This document shows positions 1 to 9,007 of a stretch of 36,725 nt of DNA, piece after piece. The stretch comes from Alphaproteobacteria bacterium (GTDB lineage Bacteria; Pseudomonadota; Alphaproteobacteria; CAAHEQ01; UBA3637): positions 1 to 36,725 of the forward strand of contig JAZUJZ010000066.1 of assembly GCA_045643025.1 (NCBI GenBank), read 5' to 3'. The position numbers and the translations under genes are program-made. Within the stretch, counting starts at the first letter, position 1; the number at the start of each line of letters is the position of its first letter. The notes below the pieces were generated by a model. It did no database searches. It worked only from the letters and a program-made list of their open reading frames with translations, and was not told the DNA's origin.

Positions 1-356
1 AATTCCACCAATCGATGGTTAAGTTTTGGATCTACATTAATACCATCTCCTTGAAAATTAACCACGGTATCATAACGACTTTCTTGTGGGTCAATTTCTT
101 TCATTGCGGCCACAATCCGATCCGTTCCGGATGGTAAAGAAGGATCTGTTAAAACGGCCTGAGCCCCAAAAGAATGGGCAACATCCACAATTTGTTGATC
201 CCCCGCCGCAATATAAATGTCTTCTTTGGGATGAACGGCTAAAGCATGCTCATACACATGTTGAATCAAAGGTTTCCCGTTAATCAAAGCCAAAGGTTTA
301 TTAGGTAAACGCGTGGATTTCAAACGAGTGGGAATTAAAACAGCAACTTTTGACAT
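1..356 (-). CDS. kdsB: 3-deoxy-manno-octulosonate cytidylyltransferase (CMP-KDO synthetase), N-terminal part; the gene runs off the window edge
   Basis: Missing from the ORF track because it is open to the window edge. My minus-strand translation from ATG (356-354) reads MSKVAVLIPTRLKSTRLPNKPLALINGKPLIQHVYE...PSGTDRIVAAM...VVNFQGDG. This matches the KdsB N-terminal signature (IPAR..STRLPGKPL, INGKP, SGT-E/D-R, QGD). Confidence 0.8.
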   Translation of the reverse strand, partial: MSKVAVLIPTRLKSTRLPNKPLALINGKPLIQHVYEHALAVHPKEDIYIAAGDQQIVDVAHSFGAQAVLTDPSLPSGTDRIVAAMKEIDPQESRYDTVVNFQGDGINVDPKLNHRLVE

Positions 357-370
357 TTTTCTGTCCTTAG

Positions 371-1666
371 TTAAATGTGTGTTGAATTAGAAAAAGGATT
401 TTGTCCTTCCTGTGTTCCAGATGACACCGGAACATTCGGTTGTTGACTCTGTGTCACAGGTGCAACAGGCACTGTATTTTCTGAAACAGGAACTGAAGTG
501 TTGGTTGAAACGGTATTTTGTGGAAATTGTTCATGTATCCGAAAATCGGCACCAATCAATTTATCCAAAGACGGATATCCTTTTTCCGTCATCAATTTCA
601 ATAACCCTTTTTGTAAAGAAAACACCAAACTGGGACTATAATAAATAAGGGCAGATTCATCCATCTGGATTAAAGAGGCCCCCGCACTTAAATTATTAAA
701 GGCATCCTGAGCAGAAAAAACCCCGCCACAAGAAACAATAGGCAATTTTCCTCGGGATAATTGATAAATATGACGGATAGTATCCAACACTTTATCTTTT
801 CCGGGTTCACCATAAACCATCGTAATCCGTGCATTTAATTTAGAATCCATTGAATCAACCATAGAATTACGTGCCGCCGATAAAGGTCCGGACACAATTA
901 CCCCATCACACTCTGCATCCATTAAAGATTGCACAATAGCCGGCATTTCATTGACAGGGATATCGGCCGGTAATTTTAACAAAACAGGCGGTGTTTGAAT
1001 AGGAGCAGCCAAATGCACTGCTTCCTTCACTGATTTAATAATCGGTATTAAGGTAAAAATAGCCCCGTCAATAACTAAACTTGCCAATTCAGAATTGGGA
1101 TGCGACATATTCAAAACGATATAATCACAATAGGGGGCAACCTTTTGGGCCATATACACAAATTCTTCCTCATAGGTAAAGTGACGACCCTGTTTGATAT
1201 TTTGTGCTTCTGATTCGGCGGGAATTGCCAAATTAATTCCGACATAATGTGGTAAATAACGACGTTTAACCAAACCGGACAAAATTTTATTGATACCCGG
1301 ATTACGATAACCGTAACATTGAACCAAAATGGCCTTTTTAGATTTTAAGAAAAAACGTTTAATTTCGGGCATTTCTTTTTCCAAGGTATAAGGACCAAAT
1401 TCACCATAGGAAAACCCCGTATAAATCAAATTATCCAACACATTTCCCTTTTTATCAATTCCTTCTCCCACCCCAAATGGTGTCGGAAAAGCATGTCCCC
1501 AAAGGGTAGAAGCCAATTGTTGTTCATGAACGGTCTGTCGTGGGAAAGCACCATCTCTGAGTCCCCAATACATCAAACGATGGGCCCAATTCAAATTAAT
1601 ACGTTGCATCAACCACCAAAAAATACGAAATAAAATATTTCCCATACTGGATTGACTACTGGCCAT
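371..1666 (-). CDS. Divergent class-2 dihydroorotate dehydrogenase-like protein (PyrD fold, key catalytic positions substituted) with a low-complexity Q/P/V/T/S-rich C-terminal tail
   Basis: ORF 371..1681. Colinear by eye with E. coli PyrD: GVGEGIDKKG (cf LAAGLDKDG), YIVLNMSHPNS (cf YIAINISSPNT), LLKLPAD (cf AVKIAPD), LPIVSCGGV (cf LPIIGVGGI), GASLIQ. Start moved to ATG at 1666 (MASSQSS) because GGAGG (reverse complement of 1673-1677) lies 6 nt upstream. Overlaps the metG stop by 11 nt. Confidence 0.65.
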   Translation of the reverse strand: MASSQSSMGNILFRIFWWLMQRINLNWAHRLMYWGLRDGAFPRQTVHEQQLASTLWGHAFPTPFGVGEGIDKKGNVLDNLIYTGFSYGEFGPYTLEKEMPEIKRFFLKSKKAILVQCYGYRNPGINKILSGLVKRRYLPHYVGINLAIPAESEAQNIKQGRHFTYEEEFVYMAQKVAPYCDYIVLNMSHPNSELASLVIDGAIFTLIPIIKSVKEAVHLAAPIQTPPVLLKLPADIPVNEMPAIVQSLMDAECDGVIVSGPLSAARNSMVDSMDSKLNARITMVYGEPGKDKVLDTIRHIYQLSRGKLPIVSCGGVFSAQDAFNNLSAGASLIQMDESALIYYSPSLVFSLQKGLLKLMTEKGYPSLDKLIGADFRIHEQFPQNTVSTNTSVPVSENTVPVAPVTQSQQPNVPVSSGTQEGQNPFSNSTHI

Positions 1667-3359
1667 TTTGAACCTCCCCATATTTAACTTTCAACATCTC
1701 TTTTTGTTCCGGTAAAATTTTCTGGAATAAAGGCGCACAAGGTGTAAAGGCCTGTCCACTTGCTATAACAGAAAGTAATTCTTTTGCCGGACGATTAGGC
1801 CATACAAACTGGATTTGTTCCTGAACAATACCGAGCATCTCTTTTGCTTTAGCAGGCATTACGGGAAATGTCAACTGGGCAAATAAATAAATCAAATTCA
1901 AGGCAATTGCTAAAATTGTTCCCGCCCGTTCTTTATCCGTCTTCACCACTTTCCATGGCTCACATTGGGCAATATAATTATTACCTGTGGTCCAAATTTC
2001 TCGTAAATCTGCCAAGGCCTTACGAATTTCAATATCTTCCATATGTTGGGTATACTGGGCTATTAATCTATCCAACGTTGCATACAATTCCGTTTCTGCC
2101 GGTGTATCGGGGCCTCTTACAGGAACTTGAGTCCCAAAATCTTTTTGTGTCATTTTGAGGACCCGATTCACAAAATTACCCAATACATCATTCAGATCTT
2201 TATTAATAACAGAAGCAAAAGTTTCAAACGAAAAAACAGCATCATCTGACTCAGGTGCATTAGCCAATAACCAATAACGCCAATAATCAGCGGAAAATTC
2301 ACCCAAAGCATCATCCAAGAAAATACCACGATGTGCTGATTTAGAAAATTTTCCACCGGCAAAATTTAACCAATTCATCCCCTTTAAGAAACTCACCTCT
2401 GTCCAAGATTCCCCTGTTCCACGCAAAGTAGCAGGGAATGTAATGGAATGGAAAGGAATATTATCTTTACCCATAAATTCTGTATGTAAGACATTTTCAG
2501 GATTCAACCACCAATCTTCCCAAGAACGATTATTCGGATCTTTATCCGCCCATTCTTTGGTAATACCGATATAACCGATAGGTGCATCAAACCATACATA
2601 AAAGACTTTATCTTCAAAACCTTCTTTGGGAACGCTAAATCCCCATTTTAAATCACGCGTAATTCCCCTTTCCTGCAACCCTTCTTTTAACCATTTTTTA
2701 GCCACAGAATATGCAATATCCGGCCATATACCTTTTTTAGTTTCAATCCAAGTATTTAATTCTTTTTCCAATTTTGGCAGATTCAAAAACAAATGTTTTG
2801 TTTCTTTGATTTGAATATCACTGCTTCCTGAAATAGCACTTTTTGGGTTAATCAAATCGGTTGGATCCAATAATTTTGTACAATTTTCACATTGATCACC
2901 CTTGGCTCTTTCATAGCCACAATAAGGACAAGTACCAATCACATAACTGTCCGGTAAATAGCGATTATCAGCAGGGGAATAGACTTGTTTCGTCATTTTC
3001 TCCTCAATTAAACCATTTTTATCCAAGGCATGAAAAATACGATAGGTAATCTCTTTATTTTGCTCTGAACTGGTCCGACCAAAATAATCAAAGGACAGGT
3101 TAAAACCTTGATAAATTTGCGCATGTAAATCATGATATTTTTTGCAATATTCATCTACAGACATATTCTCTTTAGCTGCGCCTACTTCGGAAGGTGTCCC
3201 ATGTTCATCTGTTCCACAGATACATAAAACATCTTTTCCTTGTCCCCGTAAAAAACGTGCATAAACGTCCGCAGGCAATAAGCACCCGACCAAATGTCCC
3301 AAATGAGGCAATCCATTTACATAGGGTAAAGCGCTTGTAATTAAATATTTTTTTGTCAT
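1656..3359 (-). CDS. metG: Methionyl-tRNA synthetase
   Basis: 567-aa ORF. HIGH-type motif LPHLGHLVG, KMSKS-type motif GGKFSKSA, Zn knuckle CPYCGYERAKGDQCENC. Full-length colinearity with MetRS. Confidence 0.95.
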   Translation of the reverse strand: MTKKYLITSALPYVNGLPHLGHLVGCLLPADVYARFLRGQGKDVLCICGTDEHGTPSEVGAAKENMSVDEYCKKYHDLHAQIYQGFNLSFDYFGRTSSEQNKEITYRIFHALDKNGLIEEKMTKQVYSPADNRYLPDSYVIGTCPYCGYERAKGDQCENCTKLLDPTDLINPKSAISGSSDIQIKETKHLFLNLPKLEKELNTWIETKKGIWPDIAYSVAKKWLKEGLQERGITRDLKWGFSVPKEGFEDKVFYVWFDAPIGYIGITKEWADKDPNNRSWEDWWLNPENVLHTEFMGKDNIPFHSITFPATLRGTGESWTEVSFLKGMNWLNFAGGKFSKSAHRGIFLDDALGEFSADYWRYWLLANAPESDDAVFSFETFASVINKDLNDVLGNFVNRVLKMTQKDFGTQVPVRGPDTPAETELYATLDRLIAQYTQHMEDIEIRKALADLREIWTTGNNYIAQCEPWKVVKTDKERAGTILAIALNLIYLFAQLTFPVMPAKAKEMLGIVQEQIQFVWPNRPAKELLSVIASGQAFTPCAPLFQKILPEQKEMLKVKYGEVQNGQ

Positions 3360-3440
3360 TCTGATACCTCTTTTGTATTTTATTTTGCTTTATTTTACCC
3401 AAAACCAAAACAAAGTGCAAGGCACTTTTTAATAAAAGTC

Positions 3441-3469
3441 TTGATTTTTGACAAAAAAATGTGTATAAT
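3441..3469 (+). promoter_or_regulatory. Candidate sigma70-type promoter for rpoZ-spoT-acpS
   Basis: TTGATT (3441-3446), 17-nt spacer, TATAAT (3464-3469), about 33 nt upstream of the rpoZ ATG. AT-rich context, so a chance match is possible. Confidence 0.4.
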
Positions 3470-3501
3470 TTGTTTCAGTTTGATTTTTGAAAGGATGAAA
3501 A

Positions 3502-3870
3502 ATGGCTCGTGTCACTGTTGAAGAATGTATTCAAAGAGTTCCCAATCGTTTTGATTTGGTATTATTAGCAACCGGTCGAACAAAAGCACTGGAATCCGGA
3601 TTGGCTTCTGCGCTGGACAGGGAAGAAGATAAAAACACGGTTCTTTCTCTACGTGAAATTGAGGCCAATACCGTAGATACGAATCAGTTACGGGAAAATG
3701 TCATTACCAATATGCAACGCTATGCTTCTGCCCAAGAAGAACAGATTGAAGCACAAGATTTAAAAGAAGTAGAGGCAGAAATTGCCGGTGAATCCCCTAT
3801 GTATGCTGATACAGAATTTGTGGGATCAGATTCATTCCAAGTCGTGGCTGACCACGAAGTAGATGCCTAA
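3502..3870 (+). CDS. rpoZ: DNA-directed RNA polymerase omega subunit
   Basis: N-terminus MARVTVEECIQRVPNRFDLVLLATGRTKAL is the canonical RpoZ signature. Lies upstream of spoT, as in many proteobacteria. Confidence 0.9.
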   Translation: MARVTVEECIQRVPNRFDLVLLATGRTKALESGLASALDREEDKNTVLSLREIEANTVDTNQLRENVITNMQRYASAQEEQIEAQDLKEVEAEIAGESPMYADTEFVGSDSFQVVADHEVDA

Positions 3871-3899
3871 AATTCACCTGACGCAAAAGGGGGGAAAAT

Positions 3900-6029
3900 A
3901 TGCGTCAATATGAACTCATTGAACGAGTAAAGGCCTATCAACCCAATGCAGATGAAAATGCATTGGTGCGTGCCTATGTTTTAGCCAGCAAAGTCCATTA
4001 TGATCAACGCCGAGAATCAGGTGAACCCTACTTTAATCATCCGACTTCGGTTGCACAAATTTTGGTGGACTATAAAATGGATACAGACACAATTGTGGCT
4101 GCCCTGTTACACGATACGGTAGAAGATACCCCCACTGCTTATCATGACTTGGAAACATTATTCGGACACGATGTTGCTGAATTGGTTGAGGGTGTCACAA
4201 AACTGAATAAAATTCAATTACAAGACGAAACAGAAAAACAGGCCCAAAACTTTCAAGAATTAGTTTTGGCCACCAGTAAAGATATCCGCATTTTAATGAT
4301 TAAAATGGCTGATCGCTTACACAATATGCGCACTCTGTGTAAATGTAAATCTCCCGAAAAAAGACACCGTATTGCTATGGAAACTTTATCCATCTATGTG
4401 CCGTTGGCAGAAAGAATCGGACTGCATAAAATTAAAATAGAAATGGAAGATTTATGTTTTCAAAACCTCTATCCAGAGGCCTATCAAGATATTACCAATA
4501 AACTGAATGACTTTGTGTCAAAGGGGAAAAATACCCTGGCCTCTCTTTTGAGAACATTCAAACGATTAATGACGGAAAATCATATCAAGGCAGAGGTTCT
4601 GGCACGTCAAAAAACCCCCTATTCCATCTGGAAAAAATTACAAACACATGATTATTTGATGGAGGAGATTTTTGACCTAATCGGAATCAGAATCTTGGTT
4701 AAATCCATACCGGATTGCTATAAAGTTTTGGGGGTGATTCATACCCATTTTCATGCTATTCCCGGTTCACGATTCAAAGACTATATTTCCAACCCGAAGG
4801 ACAGTGGTTATAAATCATTACACACCTGTATCATTGGCCCCCACGAACAACGATTGGAAATCCAAATTCGGACATTTGACATGGATCAAGAGGCCAATTA
4901 CGGTGTGGTTGCCCATTGGCAATATAAACAAGGGTTTCATATTGATGCCAAACAATATGAATGGATGCAAGAATTATTACAACTGATCAAAACGTCAAAA
5001 GATCCCAAAGAATTTTTGGAACATACCAAAATGGCCCTTTATCAGGATAAAATTTTCCTTTTTACCGAAAAGGGGAAATTATATTCTTTGAAAAAAGGGG
5101 CAACAATTTTGGATTTTGCCTATTTACAAAACACATCCTGGGGACATACTTGCGTGGGGGCCTATGTGAACGGACATAAAGAAACAGAAACTTATGCCCT
5201 GAAAAATGGTCAAAGTGTGCGTTTAATCTTAAATAAGAAAAAAGAAATCACCACCGATACATTACAGAATGTCACAACAGCCCAAGCCCGTTCCAAAATT
5301 TTATCTTACTTAAGACAGCGGGACAATAACATTAAAATTCAAGGTGTTTTAACAAAAATTCAAAAAACGATTGATAATCACCATCTCACTTTTCATACAG
5401 CCGAACTGGAAAGAGTTGTTAAAGAATTAAAATATAAAAATCTGGACACCATGTTATTAGATATCAATAAAGGGAAAATAACGATCAAAAAAATTATGAC
5501 ATTAATGTATCCGAATATGAAATCATCCCTGTATCAACGGACTTTGGATATTATCCATCATTGGTCTAATAAACCTAAGACAGCCCCGATTTTAGGTCTT
5601 AAATCAAACGATAACTTTCAGTTGGCCTCATGTTGTCACCCTGTGGTCGGAGATGCAATTGTTGCCATTCAAAACAAGCAAAACCAATATACCATTCATA
5701 CGAGAGACTGTGCTTCATTGGCCAAATTCAAAAAAAATCCGGAAAAGTGGGTGGCTGTGGAATGGAATTTATCAAATAATAAAAATAAATATCCCGCTCG
5801 GTTAAAAATTACCTGGAAAACAGGACCGGCCACAATGGGACAAATTATTTCTTTATTAAATAAGAAAAAGGCCCAAATTGTTCATATGAACACCACCGAT
5901 CAAAATGATAAATTCACAGAAATTATGGCTGATTTACAGGTCAAAAATGCCCGCCATTTAGATTTGGTCATTCAGGCATTGAAGGCCCATTCTAAAATTA
6001 TTCAAGTTCAAAGGGAAACAGGATCATGA
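3900..6029 (+). CDS. spoT: Bifunctional (p)ppGpp synthetase/hydrolase (RSH family)
   Basis: 709 aa. HD hydrolase motif LLHDTVEDT. Synthetase motifs RQKTPYSIWKKL, DLIGIRILV, YKSLHT, EIQIRTFDMDQEANYGVVAHWQYK. TGS-like and C-terminal ACT-like regions present. Confidence 0.92.
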   Translation: MRQYELIERVKAYQPNADENALVRAYVLASKVHYDQRRESGEPYFNHPTSVAQILVDYKMDTDTIVAALLHDTVEDTPTAYHDLETLFGHDVAELVEGVTKLNKIQLQDETEKQAQNFQELVLATSKDIRILMIKMADRLHNMRTLCKCKSPEKRHRIAMETLSIYVPLAERIGLHKIKIEMEDLCFQNLYPEAYQDITNKLNDFVSKGKNTLASLLRTFKRLMTENHIKAEVLARQKTPYSIWKKLQTHDYLMEEIFDLIGIRILVKSIPDCYKVLGVIHTHFHAIPGSRFKDYISNPKDSGYKSLHTCIIGPHEQRLEIQIRTFDMDQEANYGVVAHWQYKQGFHIDAKQYEWMQELLQLIKTSKDPKEFLEHTKMALYQDKIFLFTEKGKLYSLKKGATILDFAYLQNTSWGHTCVGAYVNGHKETETYALKNGQSVRLILNKKKEITTDTLQNVTTAQARSKILSYLRQRDNNIKIQGVLTKIQKTIDNHHLTFHTAELERVVKELKYKNLDTMLLDINKGKITIKKIMTLMYPNMKSSLYQRTLDIIHHWSNKPKTAPILGLKSNDNFQLASCCHPVVGDAIVAIQNKQNQYTIHTRDCASLAKFKKNPEKWVAVEWNLSNNKNKYPARLKITWKTGPATMGQIISLLNKKKAQIVHMNTTDQNDKFTEIMADLQVKNARHLDLVIQALKAHSKIIQVQRETGS

Positions 6030-6406
6030 TTTTGGGAATCGGTATTGATATCGTTCATATTCAACGTTTTGGAAAAAAAATAACTCAAACGCCCGGCATG
6101 ATTCAGCGTCTTTTTACCCCTACAGAACAACAAAAAGCCCCAAAAAATAAAGCAAAAATCGGCTATTTTGCAAAACGCTTTGCGGCCAAAGAAGCTATGG
6201 CTAAGGCCTGTGGAACGGGTATTGGAAAAAAATTAAATTGGCAAGATATGGAAATTTTGAATGATGAATGTGGCAAACCCGTCCTCACTCTGACAGAAAA
6301 AGCCCGCCGTTTAATTTATCATCAATTTCATACTCAAAAATTCAACATACATCTCAGCTTGGCGGACGATCAAAACGCCATTGCTTGTGTGATTTTGGAA
6401 AAATAA
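6026..6406 (+). CDS. acpS: Holo-[acyl-carrier-protein] synthase
   Basis: MILGIGIDIVHIQRF and FAAKEAMAKA motifs, 126 aa. ATGA overlap with the spoT stop. Confidence 0.88.
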   Translation: MILGIGIDIVHIQRFGKKITQTPGMIQRLFTPTEQQKAPKNKAKIGYFAKRFAAKEAMAKACGTGIGKKLNWQDMEILNDECGKPVLTLTEKARRLIYHQFHTQKFNIHLSLADDQNAIACVILEK

Positions 6407-6802
6407 TTACTCGGCTGTTTCTGCGACAGGTGGTAAAACAGCAGGATCAATCGTTTCAATTTTTTCTTCGGGCGCAACGGGATTTTCTTCGTTTTCCACC
6501 TCTACAGGAACAGTCACTGTTTTTGATTTTAAAATCTGTTCGTTTTCAATGGCAATCGCTTGCAATCTCAAATAATGGTCAGCGTATTGTTGGCAAGTTT
6601 GCATCAAAACATCATCCCCTTGCATACTGGCATCTTTTGCCCCTGCTTGATACTTTTCGGCCAATTGTAAAGGCGTTCCACGTAATTTTCCCAAAGGCCC
6701 CGATGAATCCAAATTGGTATAACGATAAATTTGTTGGGGTTGCATACTGCGACCGGAGCGATTATTACTGTGGCGTCTGACACGATTATACTGTTGTTTC
6801 AT
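6407..6802 (-). CDS. DUF4167-family protein (conserved alphaproteobacterial protein of unknown function)
   Basis: Basic N-terminus, then LDSSGPLGKLRGTPLQLAEKYQAGAKDASMQGDDVLMQTCQQYADHYLRL. This fits my recollection of the DUF4167 core (SnGP..KiRG...i.EKY..LArDA...GD....E...QhAeHY.R). Its stop codon abuts the acpS stop with zero spacer. Confidence 0.75.
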   Translation of the reverse strand: MKQQYNRVRRHSNNRSGRSMQPQQIYRYTNLDSSGPLGKLRGTPLQLAEKYQAGAKDASMQGDDVLMQTCQQYADHYLRLQAIAIENEQILKSKTVTVPVEVENEENPVAPEEKIETIDPAVLPPVAETAE

Positions 6803-6905
6803 AAAACCTCTGAAAAAATGGAGTTAATATAACGGGAAAAATCACCCTGTTTCAAAAACAAGGATATTTTATCAAACTTTTTTTCATTTGTAAAGTAAAA
6901 TTTTA

Positions 6906-6934
6906 TTGACAAACAAAAATAAATTGATTATAAT
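6906..6934 (+). promoter_or_regulatory. Candidate sigma70 promoter for the rimP-nusA-ylxR-infB operon (perfect consensus)
   Basis: TTGACA (6906-6911), exactly 17 nt, TATAAT (6929-6934), about 70 nt upstream of the rimP ATG. Confidence 0.55.
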
Positions 6935-6959
6935 AGGCTCAGCTTTCTTAAAAAAATAA

Positions 6960-6990
6960 GGGGCGGGACTTGAAAAAGCCCCGCTTTTTT
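6960..6990 (+). promoter_or_regulatory. Possible leader hairpin plus T-tract (attenuator candidate) between the promoter and rimP
   Basis: GGGGC (6960-6964) can pair with GCCCC (6978-6982); alternatively GCGGG (6963-6967) pairs with CCCGC (6980-6984). TTTTTT follows at 6985-6990. The stem is short and the loop is 12-13 nt, so this is weak. Confidence 0.3.
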
Positions 6991-7005
6991 AACAGGGAAA
7001 ACAAA

Positions 7006-7488
7006 ATGGAACTGACAGACAAAGTATTAACAACCATTGAACCAAGCATTAACGATATGGGATATGATATCGTTCGTGTTTCTGTTCAGGGTAATGAATT
7101 AAAGACTCTGCAAATTATGGCTGAACGCCAAGATCATCAGGACATGACAGTCAATGATTGTTCAAAAATCAGCCAAACGGCCAGCGCTTTATTGGATATT
7201 ACCGACCCGTTTCCGGGGAAATGGGTTTTAGAGGTATCTTCACCGGGAATTGACAGACCTTTGGTTAAATTGTCCGATTATGACCGCTTCAAGGGACAAA
7301 ATGCCAAAATTGAATTGGCCAAAGACCTCAACGGTCGTCGTCGATTTAAAGGGATTTTGAAGGGAACAGATGGAGAAAATATTCTATTGGACTTTGAAGG
7401 ACAAATCCTCACTTTAGACTTTCACAACATTGACAAGGCAAAATTAACTTTGCCCGAAGAAATTTTTAATCACAAAAAAGGAGTATAA
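7006..7488 (+). CDS. rimP: Ribosome maturation factor RimP
   Basis: LEVSSPGIDRPL motif and position directly upstream of nusA. The ORF track starts at TTG 6970; I prefer ATG 7006 (MELTDKVL), which excludes the hairpin/T-tract. Confidence 0.85.
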   Translation: MELTDKVLTTIEPSINDMGYDIVRVSVQGNELKTLQIMAERQDHQDMTVNDCSKISQTASALLDITDPFPGKWVLEVSSPGIDRPLVKLSDYDRFKGQNAKIELAKDLNGRRRFKGILKGTDGENILLDFEGQILTLDFHNIDKAKLTLPEEIFNHKKGV

Positions 7489-7489
7489 C

Positions 7490-9007
7490 ATGCAAAACGC
7501 AACTTTACCCAGACCAGAACTGATTCAAATGGCTGATTTATTGGCTCATGAAAAAGGCATTGATAAACTCGCTGTTCTTCATGCCATGGAAGAAGGTATT
7601 TCCAAGGCAGGTCGTTCCAAATATGGTCCGGAATATGATATACGTACCCACATTAATCCATCAGATGGTTCCATTGAAATGGCCCGTTACATGACGATTG
7701 TGGAAGAGACAGAAGATGAATTTACACAAATTTCGTTAACAGAAGCACGTAAATCAAATAAGTTTGCCAAAGTCGGTGAAGAAATCGTGGATCCTTTACC
7801 CCCGATGGATTTTGGACGTATTGCCGCCCAAACAGCCCGACAAGTCATTATGCAAAAAGTGCGTGATGCCGAACGCAATCAACAATATGAAGAAATGAAG
7901 GATAAAAAAGGTCAAATCGTTCACGGTATTGTGAAACGGGTTGAAGCTGGTAATTTAGTTGTTGAAATCGGCCATACAGAGGCCATGTTACGTCGTGACG
8001 AATTAATTCCCCGGGAATTATATCGGGTGGGGGATCGAGTTCGTGCCCTGGTGTTAGATGTTCGTCAAGAAACAAAAGGACCTCAAATTTTCTTAACACG
8101 TTCACATCCGGATTTTGTGGCAGCTCTATTTAAGGCAGAAGTCCCCGAAGTCTATGATGGAACGATTGAAATTAAATCCGTTTCTCGGGACGCCGGCTCT
8201 CGCAGTAAGATTGCTGTCTATTCTTCAGATTCTACTGTGGATGCACGGGGGGCTTGTATCGGTATGCGGGGTATTCGTGTTCAGGCAGTTTCCACCGAAT
8301 TACAGGGTGAAAAAATTGATGTTGTCAATTGGTCTGCCGATCCGGCAACATTTATCATTAATGCATTGGCTCCCAATGAAGTCTTAAAGATTGTCATTGA
8401 TGAAGAAGCCAAAAACGTGGAAGTGGTCATGAATGAAGATCAATTATCCTTAGCCATCGGTCGCCGTGGACAAAACATTCGTTTGGTCAGTCAATTGACC
8501 GGTTGGCATATTGACATGATGACAGAAGCACAAGAAGCCGAACATCGTCAAAATGAAACAAAAGAAAGAGTTGAATTATTTATGACATCTTTGGATATTG
8601 ACGATATGATGGCCCACTTGCTGATTCAAGAAGGATTTGCTTCGGTGGAAGATATCGCCTATATTGCTTTGGATGAACTCGCCTCTATTGAGGGTTTTGA
8701 TGAAAATTTGGCAACAGAATTACAAAATCGTGCCAAAGCATATTTGGTTGCTAAAGAAACAAAAATTGCCAACCGTTTAAAAGAATTAAAATTAGCCAAA
8801 GATTTAACAGACTTTGAAGGATTGGATAAAGAATTATTGGTCAAATTAGGTGATCAAGGTATCAAATGCTTGGATGATTTGGCAGATTTGGCCAGTGATG
8901 AATTGAAAGAAATCGCCGGTTCAAAAATGACAGAAAAACAGGCAGATGAGATCATTATGAAAGCTAGGGAGCATTGGTTTAGTGAAACACAACAACCACA
9001 AAAATAA
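7490..9007 (+). CDS. nusA: Transcription termination/antitermination factor NusA
   Basis: 505 aa. S1 domain (GQIVHGIVKRVEAGNLVVEIG), KH motifs (GACIGMRGIRVQAV, AIGRRGQNIRL), C-terminal HhH-like repeats. Confidence 0.95.
   Translation: MQNATLPRPELIQMADLLAHEKGIDKLAVLHAMEEGISKAGRSKYGPEYDIRTHINPSDGSIEMARYMTIVEETEDEFTQISLTEARKSNKFAKVGEEIVDPLPPMDFGRIAAQTARQVIMQKVRDAERNQQYEEMKDKKGQIVHGIVKRVEAGNLVVEIGHTEAMLRRDELIPRELYRVGDRVRALVLDVRQETKGPQIFLTRSHPDFVAALFKAEVPEVYDGTIEIKSVSRDAGSRSKIAVYSSDSTVDARGACIGMRGIRVQAVSTELQGEKIDVVNWSADPATFIINALAPNEVLKIVIDEEAKNVEVVMNEDQLSLAIGRRGQNIRLVSQLTGWHIDMMTEAQEAEHRQNETKERVELFMTSLDIDDMMAHLLIQEGFASVEDIAYIALDELASIEGFDENLATELQNRAKAYLVAKETKIANRLKELKLAKDLTDFEGLDKELLVKLGDQGIKCLDDLADLASDELKEIAGSKMTEKQADEIIMKAREHWFSETQQPQK

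Noticed and set aside
86-648. Plus-strand ORFs 86..283 and 412..648
   Set aside because: They are antisense to kdsB (my translation) and to the PyrD-like gene respectively. They are short and lack motifs.
3205-3420. 71-aa minus-strand ORF overlapping the metG start and upstream region
   Set aside because: It is out of frame with metG over its conserved N-terminus, lacks motifs, and extends into the AT-rich promoter region.
6268-6780. 170-aa plus-strand ORF spanning the acpS 3' end and the region antisense to the DUF4167 gene
   Set aside because: It overlaps two ORFs that have clear family signatures. Its own translation has no motifs and an odd composition, so it is likely a chance open frame.
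6803-7005. Looked for a tRNA upstream of rimP (the E. coli metY analogue)
   Set aside because: No acceptor or T-arm features (no GGTTCGAAT-like box, no cloverleaf pairing). The region is an AT-rich divergent promoter zone.
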